DNA of 63,058 nucleotides, counting the filler, from Aduncisulcus paluster (lineage: Eukaryota), in assembly GCA_024181965.1 (NCBI GenBank). It is 11 parts of 11 records of this genome, joined end to end, with 100 filler letters (N's around TTAATTAATTAA, not from the genome) between each part and the next. Parts side by side here need not be neighbours in the genome. Positions count along the whole stretch, not along the records: positions 1 to 3,836 come from BQXS01011401.1; positions 3,937 to 11,352 come from BQXS01011402.1; positions 11,453 to 16,540 come from BQXS01011403.1; 8 more parts are not named here. One strand, given 5' to 3'. The translations under genes and the position numbers were made by a program. Positions within the stretch are counted from its first letter, which is position 1. Every line of letters begins with the position of its first letter. The notes beneath the pieces were generated by a model. The model was not told the DNA's origin. It worked only from the letters and a program-made list of their open reading frames with translations, and made no database searches. Positions 1 through 13,440 of this stretch are shown here, piece after piece.

Positions 1-1311
1 ATCACAATAATACTCCTTTTGATCCATAGGATGTTTGGAATCTTTCTTGTCTTCTTCTTTTCCTTCTTTTCCTCCTCCCTGCTTGAAAGGCCTTGATGTA
101 ATAGTACAGTATAGTACAGAATATTTCATGGTAGGATGTGCCTTAATCCAGTCTGCAACATTCCTACTCCAATTCTCTCGCTTCATATAGTCAAGGTATG
201 TCTTCCATCTCCAATCACACATATTAACAATAGGCATAGCGTTGTGAGACATATCAGCCACCCATGGGTTCAGATGAAACTGAGAAAAGAACGTGACATA
301 CGTGAAATACGAGAAAGAACGACATACTTGCGTGAAGAAGGACATATTGACAAATGAAGCAGGTTTGTATGAGAAGGGACAAGACACAGCCTCGTACTTA
401 TGCTCACCGCTCGCGTCATCTTTCACCTTAACCATACTTGTTTCAAGGAGTTTCCGTGTCACATCTGGGTGGGCACAGCAGTTCGCTATAAGTCTTAGTA
501 ATTGCCGGTAAATTTTGGTCTCATTCATGTCCTTCAAGGAGATGTAGAGCCAATCGACAGCATGGTCCAGAATACGATTGAAGAGGGCCACACGGCAATC
601 GTTGTGATCAGCAAAGTTGGCAAGAAGGCCAAGGACACGGTAAGTGATCGAAACAATCCTTTCCCTATTGGTATTATCAATAAAATGATTGACAATCTCA
701 ATCTCATGCATGCATTCTGGAAGAGTGTAAAGAGAAGAGTATGGTAGAGGAGAGGAAGCTTCATGAGGACGTTTTTTATGAGCATCGGGATTAGAATGAA
801 GAGCCTTTTCACGCTCTATACGGCAAAATTCTCTAGCTTCTTTGAAAAGATTGATCCCAATATCCCACACAGCATTTCCAATCAAGGGCATAAGCTTTGG
901 TCGCATAGCAACGTTCGTTGTAAGTTTCCATCCATAAGCCAAAACTAAAGGTAAAAAGGGATTATATATATCCGGAACACCACGAATTCTGGTTATTTCA
1001 AGCCATTTAGTAAAATGATTTCCTGTACTCAATGCTAAAAACGATACCAATGAAGGCGATTCCTTTGTACATGCTGTTAAAAATACGCAAGCTGTTCCAA
1101 TTACTGAGGGTTCGGAACAGGAGGCAAGTAATGTGATAAACTTTCCCAGATTCGTGGGTTGACGAATATATTGAGTAATTTGTTTTGATTGTTTATGATC
1201 TCCAACCAATTCACTACAAATAAACAAACAAGAGGTAGCTGCAGCAAAATCAGCCTTCTCAAGGTGTGTAAGCGCATCTTGGAATTTTTTTTCAAATTCT
1301 TTGCACTCCAT
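1..1311 (-). CDS. Hypothetical protein, 3'-partial (at least 437 aa, runs off the window edge)
   Basis: Hand translation from ATG at 1311 (MECKEFEKKFQDALTHLEKADF...) stays open to position 1. It is missing from the ORF track because no stop lies in the window. Leu/Ala-rich helical character, possibly ARM/HEAT-like (inference). Confidence 0.7.
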   Translation of the reverse strand, partial: MECKEFEKKFQDALTHLEKADFAAATSCLFICSELVGDHKQSKQITQYIRQPTNLGKFITLLASCSEPSVIGTACVFLTACTKESPSLVSFLALSTGNHFTKWLEITRIRGVPDIYNPFLPLVLAYGWKLTTNVAMRPKLMPLIGNAVWDIGINLFKEAREFCRIEREKALHSNPDAHKKRPHEASSPLPYSSLYTLPECMHEIEIVNHFIDNTNRERIVSITYRVLGLLANFADHNDCRVALFNRILDHAVDWLYISLKDMNETKIYRQLLRLIANCCAHPDVTRKLLETSMVKVKDDASGEHKYEAVSCPFSYKPASFVNMSFFTQVCRSFSYFTYVTFFSQFHLNPWVADMSHNAMPIVNMCDWRWKTYLDYMKRENWSRNVADWIKAHPTMKYSVLYCTITSRPFKQGGGKEGKEEDKKDSKHPMDQKEYYCD

Positions 1312-1570
1312 ATTGTGTCAATGTTTGCCAAAATAGGAATAAAAGCTGAGCTATTAAGTATGGATTCAAATCCCATTAATATACCTATAAAATTATGAGA
1401 AAAAAGTTTTAAACACAATAATATTAATTCTTTTTTGACTAGTAGGATATTTTCAGTCTTATTGATATCAATACGATTAATTCCGACTAAACTAGGTCAT
1501 TTTGTCTCGCTCGCAGATATATATTCATTATATTTTTATCAAAAACAATTTTATCCCGTAATATCGCCCT

Positions 1571-3836
1571 ATGATAAAAACTAACGCCTATTTTAGCCGT
1601 AAATTGCCTACAACTGTGAGATCTTTTTTCTTTCCTTTCCGATTAAGTTTTATATTCTTTCTTGTTTTATTTTATTTCTTTATCAATGTGGGTTCTGTAC
1701 CAACTCCTACAACATGTGCCGATGGTACTTATGATTGTTCCGCGACGTATGGCTCGGGTATATGCTGTGTGACTTTTTCTGACACAACTTTTCAGAATGC
1801 AGTCTGTTCTAGCCTTAGCCAAGCCAATAGTTGTGCTGTGAAAACTTCTTTGGCCCCAGACGTTACTTCCCTTTCTTTATCATCTGTTGTGGTAGATTGG
1901 ACCGGAATCGCTTATTTAACTAATTTAACGTCAATTATATTTTCATCTGTTAATATTCCGGCCAATTATTTTTCTCAATTACCCGTTACTCTGACGTCTC
2001 TCTCTTTCTATGATGGAAATGTTGATTTCTCCGATTTTGATGAATCTTGTTCTACTCTAAATTCTCTCACATCATTAACCTTCCAAAACACAAATCTTGC
2101 ATCTGGATTGGATTTTTCATGGTTGTCCAACCTGATACAACTCGATGTTTCGAAGAATTCTGATGTGACGACTATTGGTCCCTTTCCAACTTCTCTCGAG
2201 ACTCTCTCCATTGATGAATGCACCTCCATTGAGTTCCCCACTTTCTTCAATGGCCTAGTCGATTCCTCTGGCTTATCTCTCCCTAATCTGGTCACTCTGT
2301 CGCTCAGTGATACAAATGTTTCTAGTCTTGATCTTGTCCCTGAAAGTGTCACAGATCTTACTGCAGAGAATTGCAGCAACCTCTCTTCCTTTGCATCACT
2401 TGCAACCCTCACATCTCTGAAGAATCTCAACATTAGCTCCTCTGGGGCTGGACTGAACCCAGATCTCAGTCCTCTGTCCTCTTTAAGTGCTCTCGAGTTC
2501 CTGGTCATAACCAACTCAAAGATCTCTGATCCGTCTGGGTTTTACTCGCTTTCTTCCACCGTTGTGTCTATCGATCTGAGTGGGAATTATATCTGTGGGT
2601 ACAATCTGTCCTCATCCATGACGACTATTATGTCCGAACGCTTCAATGACTCTGTTGGACGTATCATAACAACAGGTACACAGGCATGCCAATGTTTTCT
2701 CACAGATGTTTCAGTACTTTCCACCTTGGTTGCCGATCGCAAGGCGTGTGTAGAGACTCAAACTGGGGTTTCAGACACTTGGAACTATACTTGTGATTCT
2801 GAGAGTTACACCCAATACACCGCTTTCAACGAGTACGAATGCGTCCCCGCTTGTCTTGGCGGGTGTCATAATGATTGGGAGATCTGTCATGTCGATCCTG
2901 ACGATCCAACCTCTGGCTTCTGTGATCATCCCATCCTTGACGGATCTATCCGGACATGGGTGGGCTCTCTGATGAACACTGACGATAAACTCGCCGATGA
3001 TTCATATTCCTTATCCGCCATCGTTGAGATCGAGCCAACAGTCACATCACTGAGCTTCACAGAAGATGGTTCCAGCATATCCGATCTCCGAGGCCTTGAA
3101 CATCTCACATCCCTCTCCTCACTCACAATCAACGATGCTCAATCCCTCGTTGATCTGAGTCCCCTTGAGTATCTCCATCTCCTCTCTTACATTGACCTCT
3201 CTGGATGTGGCGTCGAGGATACAACTCCCATCGTGTCCCATGAATCTCTTGTGCACCTCGATCTCTCTGATTGTCCATTAACAGACATTTCAGGTCTGGC
3301 CGACAAGTTACTGCTGACATATCTTGACATTAGCTCCAACCAGGTCCCCAATGAGGATATCTCATCCGTTGACATATTCCTCGGTTTACATTCCATCGAA
3401 GACCTCAGGTTCAATGGGTTGTCCAATGTGACGAGCATGCCTTTGATGAATTCTGCAGATGTCTCTACTCTTCAACGGCTTGAGTGTCAGAACACTGGGA
3501 TCCAGACCTTGAGTACTCTTGGAGATTATCAAGGAGATACTGTGACACATATCATTATGAACGGTGCAGATTTGCTCGAAAAGGACCCCGAGTTCTTTCG
3601 TTTTCCACACTTGGATGTCCTTGAAGTGAATGATTCCTCTGTTCGCCCTGTCTTTATCCGTGAATGCACCTCTTTGACTGTTCTGAAAGCCAACAATAAT
3701 GGGTGGAGTAATTATTCTTTTTATAGCATCTCATACCTCCAGGACTTAGTCAACCTCACAGAGTTACATCTCGAGGGAAACTACATCTCTGATCCTTCCC
3801 CCTTATATCACCTTTCAAGTCTCTCAATTCTAAAAA
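1571..3836 (+). CDS. Leucine-rich-repeat surface/secreted protein with Cys-rich modules, 3'-partial
   Basis: N-terminal hydrophobic segment (FRLSFIFFLVLFYFFI); many LxxLxLxxN repeats in two blocks separated by a Cys-rich region; truncated at the scaffold end. Confidence 0.85.
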
Positions 3837-3936
3837 NNNNNNNNNNNNNNNNNNNNNNNNNNNNNNNNNNNNNNNNNNNNTTAATTAATTAANNNNNNNN
3901 NNNNNNNNNNNNNNNNNNNNNNNNNNNNNNNNNNNN
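3837..3936. other. Artificial scaffold linker (N44-TTAATTAATTAA-N44); also at 11353-11452, 16541-16640, 20460-20559, 32914-33013, 40695-40794, 45227-45326, 50730-50829, 54253-54352 and 57904-58003
   Basis: Ten identical 100-nt units with stops in all six frames; genes are cut on both sides, so neighbouring scaffolds are not physically linked. Confidence 0.98.
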
Positions 3937-4570
3937 ATCACTTTGCTCATTGTCTTGAGAAAATTTATGATGATGAGATTTCTGCTCTGAAACTTCCGAA
4001 CTCTGATCGAGGGTAACTGACCTTGATCCGTATGAAGCAGAGGAGGGCGATTGAGAAGGGGATGATTCTGGATGTTGTTTAGCATGATGATGAGAAGAGT
4101 GAGGATTAGGCCTATGGCGATATGTCGAAGTTTTCGGTTCATATTGATCTTTTTTAGCGATTTTTTGCATTTTTGATTCTGAATGTGAAATTTGATCGGG
4201 TTTGATTCCAGCTTTCAGATGTTTTGATGTTGAGATCGATTGGCTTTCTTTTGATGTATCTTTGGATTTTTTTGAACTACTCTTTTGACTAATATGATTA
4301 TCATGTGAATCTTGTTCACTTTTTTCTTCTTCCTCTTTGCTTGCAGATTCATCTTGCATGATGTCATAAAGAGCACGAAGAGTAGGGCAAGTTGTTGTTG
4401 ACAAAGTTAATAGACTCGCCGATTGGTCATGAGAAACGTTTTCAGTATCTTTATCGATTGGAATCGAGATATCTCCTGCTTTGTAATAGAGAAAATGGTT
4501 CAATTAGCAATTTAGTGGAAATTGGTTTTGAAATGGATGAAAAATAATAATACATACGTTGATTTGGCAT
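3937..4570 (-). CDS. Hypothetical Ser/Lys/Gln-rich protein, 2 exons (4570-4558, 4478-3937), 3'-partial
   Basis: ATGCCAAATCAAC|gtatgt...gctaat...tacaaag|CAGGAGAT: a 79-nt intron (4479-4557) joins the 13-nt first exon in frame to the 3889..4503 ORF, giving MPNQPGDISIPIDKD... Confidence 0.75.
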
Positions 4571-4646
4571 TATAAGTAAATTTTAATTTGTTTTTTCGCA
4601 AATATATTTTTTAATAATATTTCTACCCCACAAAAAGGATAAGAAC

Positions 4647-4666
4647 TGTGTTGTGTTGTGTTGTGT
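4647..4666. repeat. (TGTGT)4 microsatellite
   Basis: tgtgt repeated four times in intergenic DNA. Confidence 0.8.
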
Positions 4667-5709
4667 GACGACTCAATTTTAGTGTTTCTATAATCTCTGA
4701 TTTCTTAGGGTTTGAGATAACATTGTGGTTATTTATATACAAACATGTTGGATATCGGGGAAGTTGGCTATAAACTTTTTGATTATGGAATAACGTCCGA
4801 ATTCCTCCACCTCCAACAAATTCTACCTGCTTTCACCTTATTTCCATTGTTGGAATTGGCTTTTTTACCCCTTTTGCCGTTTCAGCTATTGGATCTAAGA
4901 ATCTTATATAGATCCAGGATCTACGGTTGATTTGTGGTATTAAATATCTTGGCTTTGCTAAGAAACACCAACGTTGAGGGTCTTACAAATTTTATATAGA
5001 GTTTATTCCGATAATTTATCCACAAAAAAAGTCATCCATGTTGACTTGCTGCAAGTCACTTGCATTTGTAAAAAAAAAAATATTAAAGAAATATATTCAA
5101 ATATATAGAAGTTCTATTATCAAGTATTAATATTTACATAGCATCATCATTTTAATTCTATTATATTTTGATTCCTTGTAATATGGACTACAATTTCCTC
5201 CATATTTCTAACTCACAACAAACTTGCATATTAAGTCCTTAGTAATGATCAAATGTTTTTTATTATTGGCGGTAAATCAGAACTGTTAGTCATAGCTCTT
5301 GTAGACAAACACTGACTGTTATTTTATCATCAAGAGTGATGAGCAACACTCTGCTGGAAATACGTAGATCATCATGTATTATTCATCACCAAAGAATATG
5401 CCTCAACATCATAGGCATCACTATTGTGATGATACAATTAATTAAGATACCGTAGGCCGTGATAAAAAAATATATTGAAACAAAATGAAGTTCATTTTTA
5501 ACTATAAGAAAAATAGTATGATATACAATATATAATATATTGGTTATCTAAAAAATAAGGACTCTAAAGAAAAAAGAGCAGGAGAAATAAAAAAAAAATA
5601 GCGAAACCGTTAAAATAAAAATACTTTCGAATCCGGAGGTTGTAAGACGAACTTACAAGGAGAAAAAGTTAAAAATAATAAAAAAAGATACGTAATTACC
5701 GTAATATAA

Positions 5710-8678
5710 TTATATTGATTTAGATATAAGAGATTGGAAGACAGTTTCTGCGGCTGCTGAGGGATTTAGAAACTCACCAGGAGTATCATCTATTTTTATA
5801 CGAGTGAGAATTTCCGTCAATAAAGGTTCGTATTTGTCCCAAAGGAAAGGTCTCCGAATCTTCATGGAAGGTGTGACACAGTTATTGTCAACAGTCCATT
5901 CTTCCCATTCCAATATCACAGCTCGAGGGATTTCAAAAGTTCTGAGTTTGGCCTCCTTACAGCACATAACGATGTTCTTGTGTACAAATCCAATGACTTT
6001 CTTACAATGGCATAATGCTTCCTTATCTTCGAGTGCATCAACTTCTTCTTTTGTCATGATCTCCTCAGATACCAAACTCTCCCTCACTTCAGCTTCATCC
6101 ACTTGAACAACAGCAAGCACAAAGCTCTCGTACCTGTTCCCATACATGAAGGATAGTTCGACCATTGGAGAGGAAGAATAGGCACGTTCAAGAGCCTCAG
6201 CACTCACAAACTCTCCTTGACTCAACTTGTACACACACTTCTTCCTGTCGATGATCTGGATGACTCCATCAGTAAAACGAGCAATGTCCCCCGTGTGGAA
6301 GTATCCTTCGTCATCAAATACTTCTTTTGTCTTGTCTGGGAGTTTCCAATATCCGGNNNNNNNNNNNNNNNNNNNNTCTCCTCAGATACCAAACTCTCCC
6401 TCACTTCAGCTTCATCCACTTGAACAACAGCAAGCACAAAGCTCTCGTACCTGTTCCCATACATGAAGGATAGTTCGACCATTGGAGAGGAAGAATAGGC
6501 ACGTTCAAGAGCCTCAGCACTCACAAACTCTCCTTGACTCAACTTGTACACACACTTCTTCCTGTCGATGATCTGGATGACTCCATCAGTAAAACGAGCA
6601 ATGTCCCCCGTGTGGAAGTATCCTTCGTCATCAAATACTTCTTTTGTCTTGTCTGGGAGTTTCCAATATCCGGAGAAGATATTACCCCCTTTGATGCACA
6701 GTTCACCACGGGGATAGGGTTTGTCAGTACTGAGATATTCAAGCTCAGGAATATCGACCAGTTTGACACTGATTGATCCAAGAGGACGTCCACAATTAGC
6801 ATATGATCTGCATGGACACTTCTGCACGATTCCTGCAGCACACGTCTCCGTCATTCCCCATCCTTCGACCAACTCACAGCCCATCACACAGCCGACAAAC
6901 TCAGCAACACTGGGGGACAATGGAGCACTGCCACTGATGATCTCCTTGCAACGATTTCCAAGGAGACGTTGGATGTCCTTGAACACAAAGTTATAGCGAG
7001 AGGGGATCTTCAGTCGTTTGGCCTCATACTTCCACTTGATGTTCTGATTCAAGGCACGATGGAATAGGAATCGAAGGATAGCGGGTTTATCTTTAAGCTT
7101 TTTGGTGACAGAGTTGAATATTTTGATCAACACTCTCGGAACAACGATAAATACAGTGGGTCGACAATAAAATATATCATCCATCAATGTCTTTGTCGAA
7201 CCACTAAAGAAGCTAATACACCCACCCCTTGAGAAGAAAACCATACTCACAGCACGCTGGAAGATATGAGAATTTGGCAAATAAGAAAGATTACAAGTTT
7301 GACTGATGTTCCAACGTTTCCACTTCATTTTATCTGTTATTTCATGGTACTTTTTGATTCCGAGGATAATGTTTTGAACTGTCATTGGTTTGTCGGCCAT
7401 CATCAAACTTCGATGTTTCTCAGATTGCTCGTTTTGGATCCTTTCTTTCTCACACTCTGGAATGACAGGATTAAACTGATACACTGCACAAAGAAGGTTT
7501 TCATTCGTCAACACACATCCCTTGGGATCACCTGTAGTGCCACTTGAATACACAATACTGAAAATATCGTCTGGACAAATGGAGTCAAGAATAGGAGGAA
7601 GGTTAAGGTGAGCATGCTCTTCTAATGTTACAGGGTGGATATCAGCAAGGGTATGAGTAATGGTGGAATCATCAGATATTTTGGAAGGTATGGGTTTTGA
7701 TATCGTAGTTGTTGTAACTTTCTCACTTTCAGAGACATGAGAAAAAGAATCATCGAACAAAACATCAGTTTGAATAATTTCCGTTTTTTTAGGCTCACGA
7801 TTCCTTAAAATATCTTCGATAAGAAGGCTATGACCTTTTGCAATGAGTTGGCAGAAACCAAAATTTACATTTCGACATAATTCTTCACCTTCTCTTTCGG
7901 ACAGAGGAAGAGTTGGTAAAATATGAGAAAAAGGAACGTATGACCACCCTCTATTTCTTAATTTTGTTGTGGATGAAGGAGATGGAGGAAGTTTTACCCC
8001 CTCAAGGGATGAATAGAAACTCTTATCTGGCGGCGCAAAACATCCAAGATCTCGATTCCTCTCGTTAATTTCCTCTTCAGAAAAAGGAACATGAAGAAGA
8101 TATGGGGCAGTGAGATGTGAAGCATGTTTGAGAAGGAAGGCACGATCATCAGGCCGATTATCAAAGACAATAACATTGGTTAAAGTGTCTGGCCATGAAT
8201 CACCAAGACTATTGAATTTAGGAAGGAGTTCGAGGGACAAAAACATCATTTTAATATCAGAATCGCGAGTAATGTAAATAACAGATTCTAAATTTTGGGT
8301 GTCATAAATGGGAACAAGAATAATGCCGAGGCAATTGGAAACATAATCGAGAACATGCCATTCATATCTATTATAACTCCATATTCCAATTCTATCACCT
8401 TTTGATAGACCTAAAGAGACCAAAGCACGAGATAATGCTGCAATATCTTCACCAAGTTGTCGATAAGTAAAATACTCAAATGGACCCCGAGTATTCCCAT
8501 GGTCTGACGCACAATATGAACGATATGCCCCAAAGGCAGCTTTTTCTGCATGTAGTACACAACATTCTACAATAAGATGAGAGAGAATTGTGAATCTTGT
8601 AGGATGGTCCTTATCTTCGCTTTGTCTTGGGAAAAAGCATTTTCCTGGTTGAAATATTAGATCTTTAATGGGAAACAT
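5710..8678 (-). CDS. Long-chain-fatty-acid--CoA ligase (AMP-binding, ACSL family); one gene split by a gap duplication
   Basis: Motifs YSSGTTGDPKG, SYLPNSHIFQR, EGWGMTET, RGELCIKG, FHTGDIA, IIDRKK..YKLSQGEFVS and VTPSMKIRR. ORFs 6222..8678 and 5710..6234 join once the duplicated 6060-6356 block is removed. Confidence 0.95.
6060..6673. repeat. 297-bp direct duplication flanking a 20-N gap (assembly overlap)
   Basis: 6060-6356 matches 6377-6673. Confidence 0.9.
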
Positions 8679-9013
8679 TCAACCAAAATTCTTTTTGGAA
8701 GAGGTCACTTGGAATTGACAAACAAAAGAAAAAACAAAAAATGCATGACATGATATCAAAATAACCAACACAATAAGACTAATAGTATATAATAGTGGGA
8801 TGATTTATTTGTATTTAAACGATTTTTGATCCTATTCAAGCAGGGATGATCGCTATAACGCTGAAAGTTCTGTTTATCTCAGATAAACAAATAATATGAT
8901 ATATTATAAAATTTAACATTAAAACTAAGGAAATGGAAATAATTATTTTTGATATTAAATTATACGGGGGTTGAAGCCTTCAAGTTCTAGAAGAAGCTTT
9001 CCATGAAAAAAAC

Positions 9014-9784
9014 TTATTTATCGACAACCATAGCTCCTTTACGCATAACTTGCTTTCTTTTCATTTTTCTTTGTTCTTCTGCCTTTTTTTTCTCTTTCTT
9101 CATTCTTTTTTGTCTTTTCTTTTCATCCTGAGCAGCCCAAAGCCTCAATTCTCTTCCCTTAATCACAACTTTCCTTTTTGACCGTTCTAAAGCCTTTGTT
9201 CTGGCATCTCTTGAAGCAAAAAGAATGAAAGCGACACCTTTACCCTGACGAGTTCTCAGGTCTCGAGGGACTCGCACTTGAAGGGCTCCAAATGGGGCAA
9301 ATGGTTTGAAAATATCATCATCAGTGGCATCTTTGGGAACGTTTCCAATAAAAAGACATTGACTCGGAGGAAAATTACCTTTTTCTTCAGGAGTACCTTC
9401 AGCAAGAGTAACACGAAGAATTCTTCCATCGAGCTTCTTGGGAGTCTTTAAACAGGTTTGATAAGCTTTTTTGGCATCATCTTGCTCCTTGAAACGAATA
9501 TTAAAGCATGATCCGATATCTTCATAGTCTCCTCCAAGATCGGATCCCTTGCTTAAGGCAGCTGTTCTCATTGATTTAACATTTCCATGTAAACCAGATT
9601 TGGTTTGTTTAACCGGGGTTAATCTAATATATACAGCTTCTATTGTTCCAAACTCAACGAAAGCTCGCTTGATAGCACGCCGAGTCGTCGAAGATGGAAT
9701 ATTGGCAACAAAAAGTGTTCTTTTCTTTTCTTCTGATTCTTTATAAAGATCTTCTAATGATTTACCCTTGTGAGTCGCCTCCAT
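9014..9784 (-). CDS. Two-RRM nucleolar RNA-binding protein (RBM34/Nop12-like)
   Basis: RTLFVANIP...FGTIEAVYIR; second RRM LFIGNVP...VRVPRDLRTRQGKGVAFILF; basic C-terminal tail. Confidence 0.8.
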   Translation of the reverse strand: MEATHKGKSLEDLYKESEEKKRTLFVANIPSSTTRRAIKRAFVEFGTIEAVYIRLTPVKQTKSGLHGNVKSMRTAALSKGSDLGGDYEDIGSCFNIRFKEQDDAKKAYQTCLKTPKKLDGRILRVTLAEGTPEEKGNFPPSQCLFIGNVPKDATDDDIFKPFAPFGALQVRVPRDLRTRQGKGVAFILFASRDARTKALERSKRKVVIKGRELRLWAAQDEKKRQKRMKKEKKKAEEQRKMKRKQVMRKGAMVVDK

Positions 9785-10163
9785 CCTTCCAAGAAGATGA
9801 TTTCTTTTGGATGATTGTTGTTATTAACAAAATTGAATTTTAGTGCTTATATTTATTGTTATAGTTTATGTTAATCATTATTATCCGATTATATGTCGTG
9901 AAAATATACTATTTGCTATTTTAAATCTATTTCTTTGTTTTAAGCAGTAATATTGTATCAAATGAATAATTATTAATATAAAATCTGAATATTTTATTAA
10001 TATGTGCACGGAATTGTTAAAAACATAGTAAATCGTTCGAAATAAAATGTGTCGCGTTTTTCTTGCTATCTAGAAATTGGAAAGAATAGTACATCTATTT
10101 CTTACCAAGAATTATTTCATATAAGGTTGTTTTATAAATTGCAATTTACAATTCAAATATATT

Positions 10164-11352
10164 ATGAGTGTAGATGAGATCTTTCTTTCAGAGACCGTTC
10201 TGGAAAGGATATCAAAATCAAAGCATGTTCCTCTAACTAACACATCTTCTATTATTCAATATTTTCATGCTTTATTTGAGCAAAGAGCGTCATCATTGTA
10301 CAGAGTTTGGGAGTTGTTATTACAACGTTGGGTGACTTTTACAGCTGGTCAGAGACTTCAATCAAGAGCATGTGTTCCATTTGTATCTAGATTAGATGAA
10401 GTACGGCTTGAACTCGGAAATTGTATTGAGAGAGTAATCAGGATCGAAAAACTTGCCAATAAGGTTGGGATTCAACTTAAAGGTCGGCCATTTTCCAAAA
10501 GATCAAGTATAAACACTTCAATTACCCCCAATACTTTTCTTCCAGGAGTCCTTCAAGAACTTATGGCATCTTCCGCAACAATATACCCACCTGAGCTTAC
10601 ATGCGATGATTGTTCTGCTGCTTTACGCGCCACATCATTTGCAATGCCTCCTCCATCGTTTTCTAGGACGATGTCGTATATTCATTATATTTCAGAAAAT
10701 AATGGTCTTGAGATATCATACAAAGCTAAACTCATAAGTTCCCGTGCCAGAGAAGTTAGTAATAAGATTCCTATGATGCCAAGTAACCATGAACACGTCA
10801 TTATTGAGCTTGAGAAACTTGGTCGAGAGTTTGATATAGGTGTCTCTCCAAGGACTAATCTTAAAGATTATATGGGTAGCAGCAAGAAATTATTCGCATC
10901 GCTGTCAAATGCACTTCTTCAACGGCGATCTATTCGTAGGAAACGTCTCCTTAAACACCCCTTTGCCAGAGATATTGTCAAAGATGTTACGTCTGAGTCT
11001 GATTCATCCTCATCTTCCTCCCTACAAGCACAATTAATGGAGGAATCGAAAGGAGCGCAAGCCTCTTCTCGAATGACGGAGAGTCAGCTTGAAGATCCTC
11101 ATAAATCCTCTCTTCTCTCGTATTTGCTTGTCCACGATGAATCAACTCACTTGCACCCATTTTCGAACTATTCATCGCATACACACATGCAATCAACAGC
11201 ATCATTCACATCTAAGTCCTCTTCTTCCTTCCTGAACTCAGTCGCTCCTCTTCCTCCTCCCCCTCTCTCGTCCTCTTTTTCCCTTGAAGAAACTTGCGAT
11301 ATGATGCGTTCATGCGGTGTGAGTGTGCTTGATGTCGGTGTGAAAATGGGAG
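10164..11352 (+). CDS. Hypothetical protein, 3'-partial
   Basis: Long ORF with an ATG after an AT-rich spacer; no recognised motif. Confidence 0.75.
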
Positions 11353-11452
11353 NNNNNNNNNNNNNNNNNNNNNNNNNNNNNNNNNNNNNNNNNNNNTTAA
11401 TTAATTAANNNNNNNNNNNNNNNNNNNNNNNNNNNNNNNNNNNNNNNNNNNN

Positions 11453-13405
11453 AATTCATCCACTTCGTCTAAACTTTCATCAAGGAGTTCCGCTTCGGCT
11501 TCCGCAAGAAGTAATTTCACAGCTGGAAGCAAGAGTGAAGCTCATGCGTCGTCAATGTCCAACTCCATGCTTCTGGAATATAGTTCAAAGCATTCACGCA
11601 ATGGATTTATTGATGATCATGGACGGAACGTGTTATTGATGGATAATATTGATGGATCGACCAGGGATAAAGTTCTTCGATACACTAGAGAACTAGCACA
11701 TACAATGCAAGAAGCGGATGAGACCTTCTTCACCTTATTGAGACATGCAACCCCTGTGGTATTAAGAAACTATGCCATGTATGTCCTTTGTGTGTGCGGT
11801 GATGAAGACGCATATCGAGAGTACCACGGACAGGCAAACGATATGGATACCGATAGAGAAGCCGTGCGTTCCGTTGCACCAAGATTATCTGCAGCCGCGA
11901 CATGGAGAGAGTTAATGGGGGATACTGGGAATACAGTGGAGGACGATGTCAGTCAGGAGTACCTAAAACTTGGCTTAGAGACATTTGCACCGGGCCAAGG
12001 ATTACAACGAATGGAAAGAGCATTTGGCACATCTTCCTTAAATTCGAGGATTGTTATTTCCTTCCTATTGATTATGATAGTGTTTGTTCTTGCTGCGACT
12101 GGTCTTTTACAATGCAGGAACATTACTCTTGATCTTTATGGCACTCAGCGTGAAACTGCCCGATCCATTGCATTTATTCATCATACTGAACATTCCTTAC
12201 GTTCCATCCCAGCTTCTAGAAGCAGTACATACGCCAATGCTTCCATTGATGGAATGAGACGAAGTGGCCGTGGATTGGTATGGCAATATGATTATTATAC
12301 TCAAGTCAACACGGAAAGCAATCTCTCCACCTTGAGTGAGCTCTTGTTGGAGAAGCAGACGACATACACCGCCAAGGAATCCCTTGTTGCAGCTTTTGGA
12401 GTCACCGATATCCGTCAAAATATGTTCTTTTCTGAGAAATTACTCGATCTCGTCCAACCTGGTGGGTTAACCTTGAAGGATTATAACACTGTCATCAGCA
12501 GTGTTATGCCTGCTTCAGACTGGGAGGTTGGCGATTCTATTGATGAGATGGTCACTTCGTATAGCTCTGTTGCTTCCTCTCTCTCGTCTGCTTTCTCTTC
12601 CATTGGAGCTGAATCGTCATCCATTGTAGAACTCTTTGATGATGAAGACCTTTTATTTCCGGAGTATCATACTTCTAATCAATCTGTTCCTGACCCAGAG
12701 GAAGTCTATGAATTGACAGTGGACGTTGCTGCCAATGGTTCTTGGCGGTCTTTCCTCGCTAATTCTGAGATCATTACAACGCAGCTCACTGAAGGTCGTC
12801 AACAATATGCCGATGTTTATTTTGAAAAGATGCAACGTGTTTTCATCACTGTTATGTGTGTCATAATCATAGTCCTTGTTCTATTCGTGTGTCTTCCCTT
12901 AACTTTCTTCTTATCCAATGGAATAGTGTCCTATTATGCTTCTCTTGAAGCCTACACCCGTCTATTGTTTTCTCTCCCATATGTTGATACATTGGCCATC
13001 TTTGAGAACATTTCTGCCAGGGCCAAGCAACAGGAGATCAGAGTAGAGACCAGTAGCAATCGAGACAGTAGCGTAGGGCCTCAATCTGATAACTCGACTA
13101 ATTATTTCCTCCAACATGCCAAGAACAGTGGCTCAAACCCACCCCTACAGATGAGAGACAAGGCTGGCACCCTTCAAGGAATGAATGAGAAAGGAATGAT
13201 TCCCCACTCTGATAGTTTTGAAGGGAGTGTTCGAAGAGCAAGTGTGAAGAGTAATGCTTCGATGAGTAGTGTTCGTCGTGCAAGAGGTTCTTTGAGTCGT
13301 TCTAGTGATCATCATGGAACAATGCCTGAACATTCACAATCACATGGTATTCCCGCGTCATCTGTGCATGTTTCTGTTATTAAAGAAGTTGACGAACCTG
13401 TGAAG

Positions 13406-13440
<35 letters not shown>

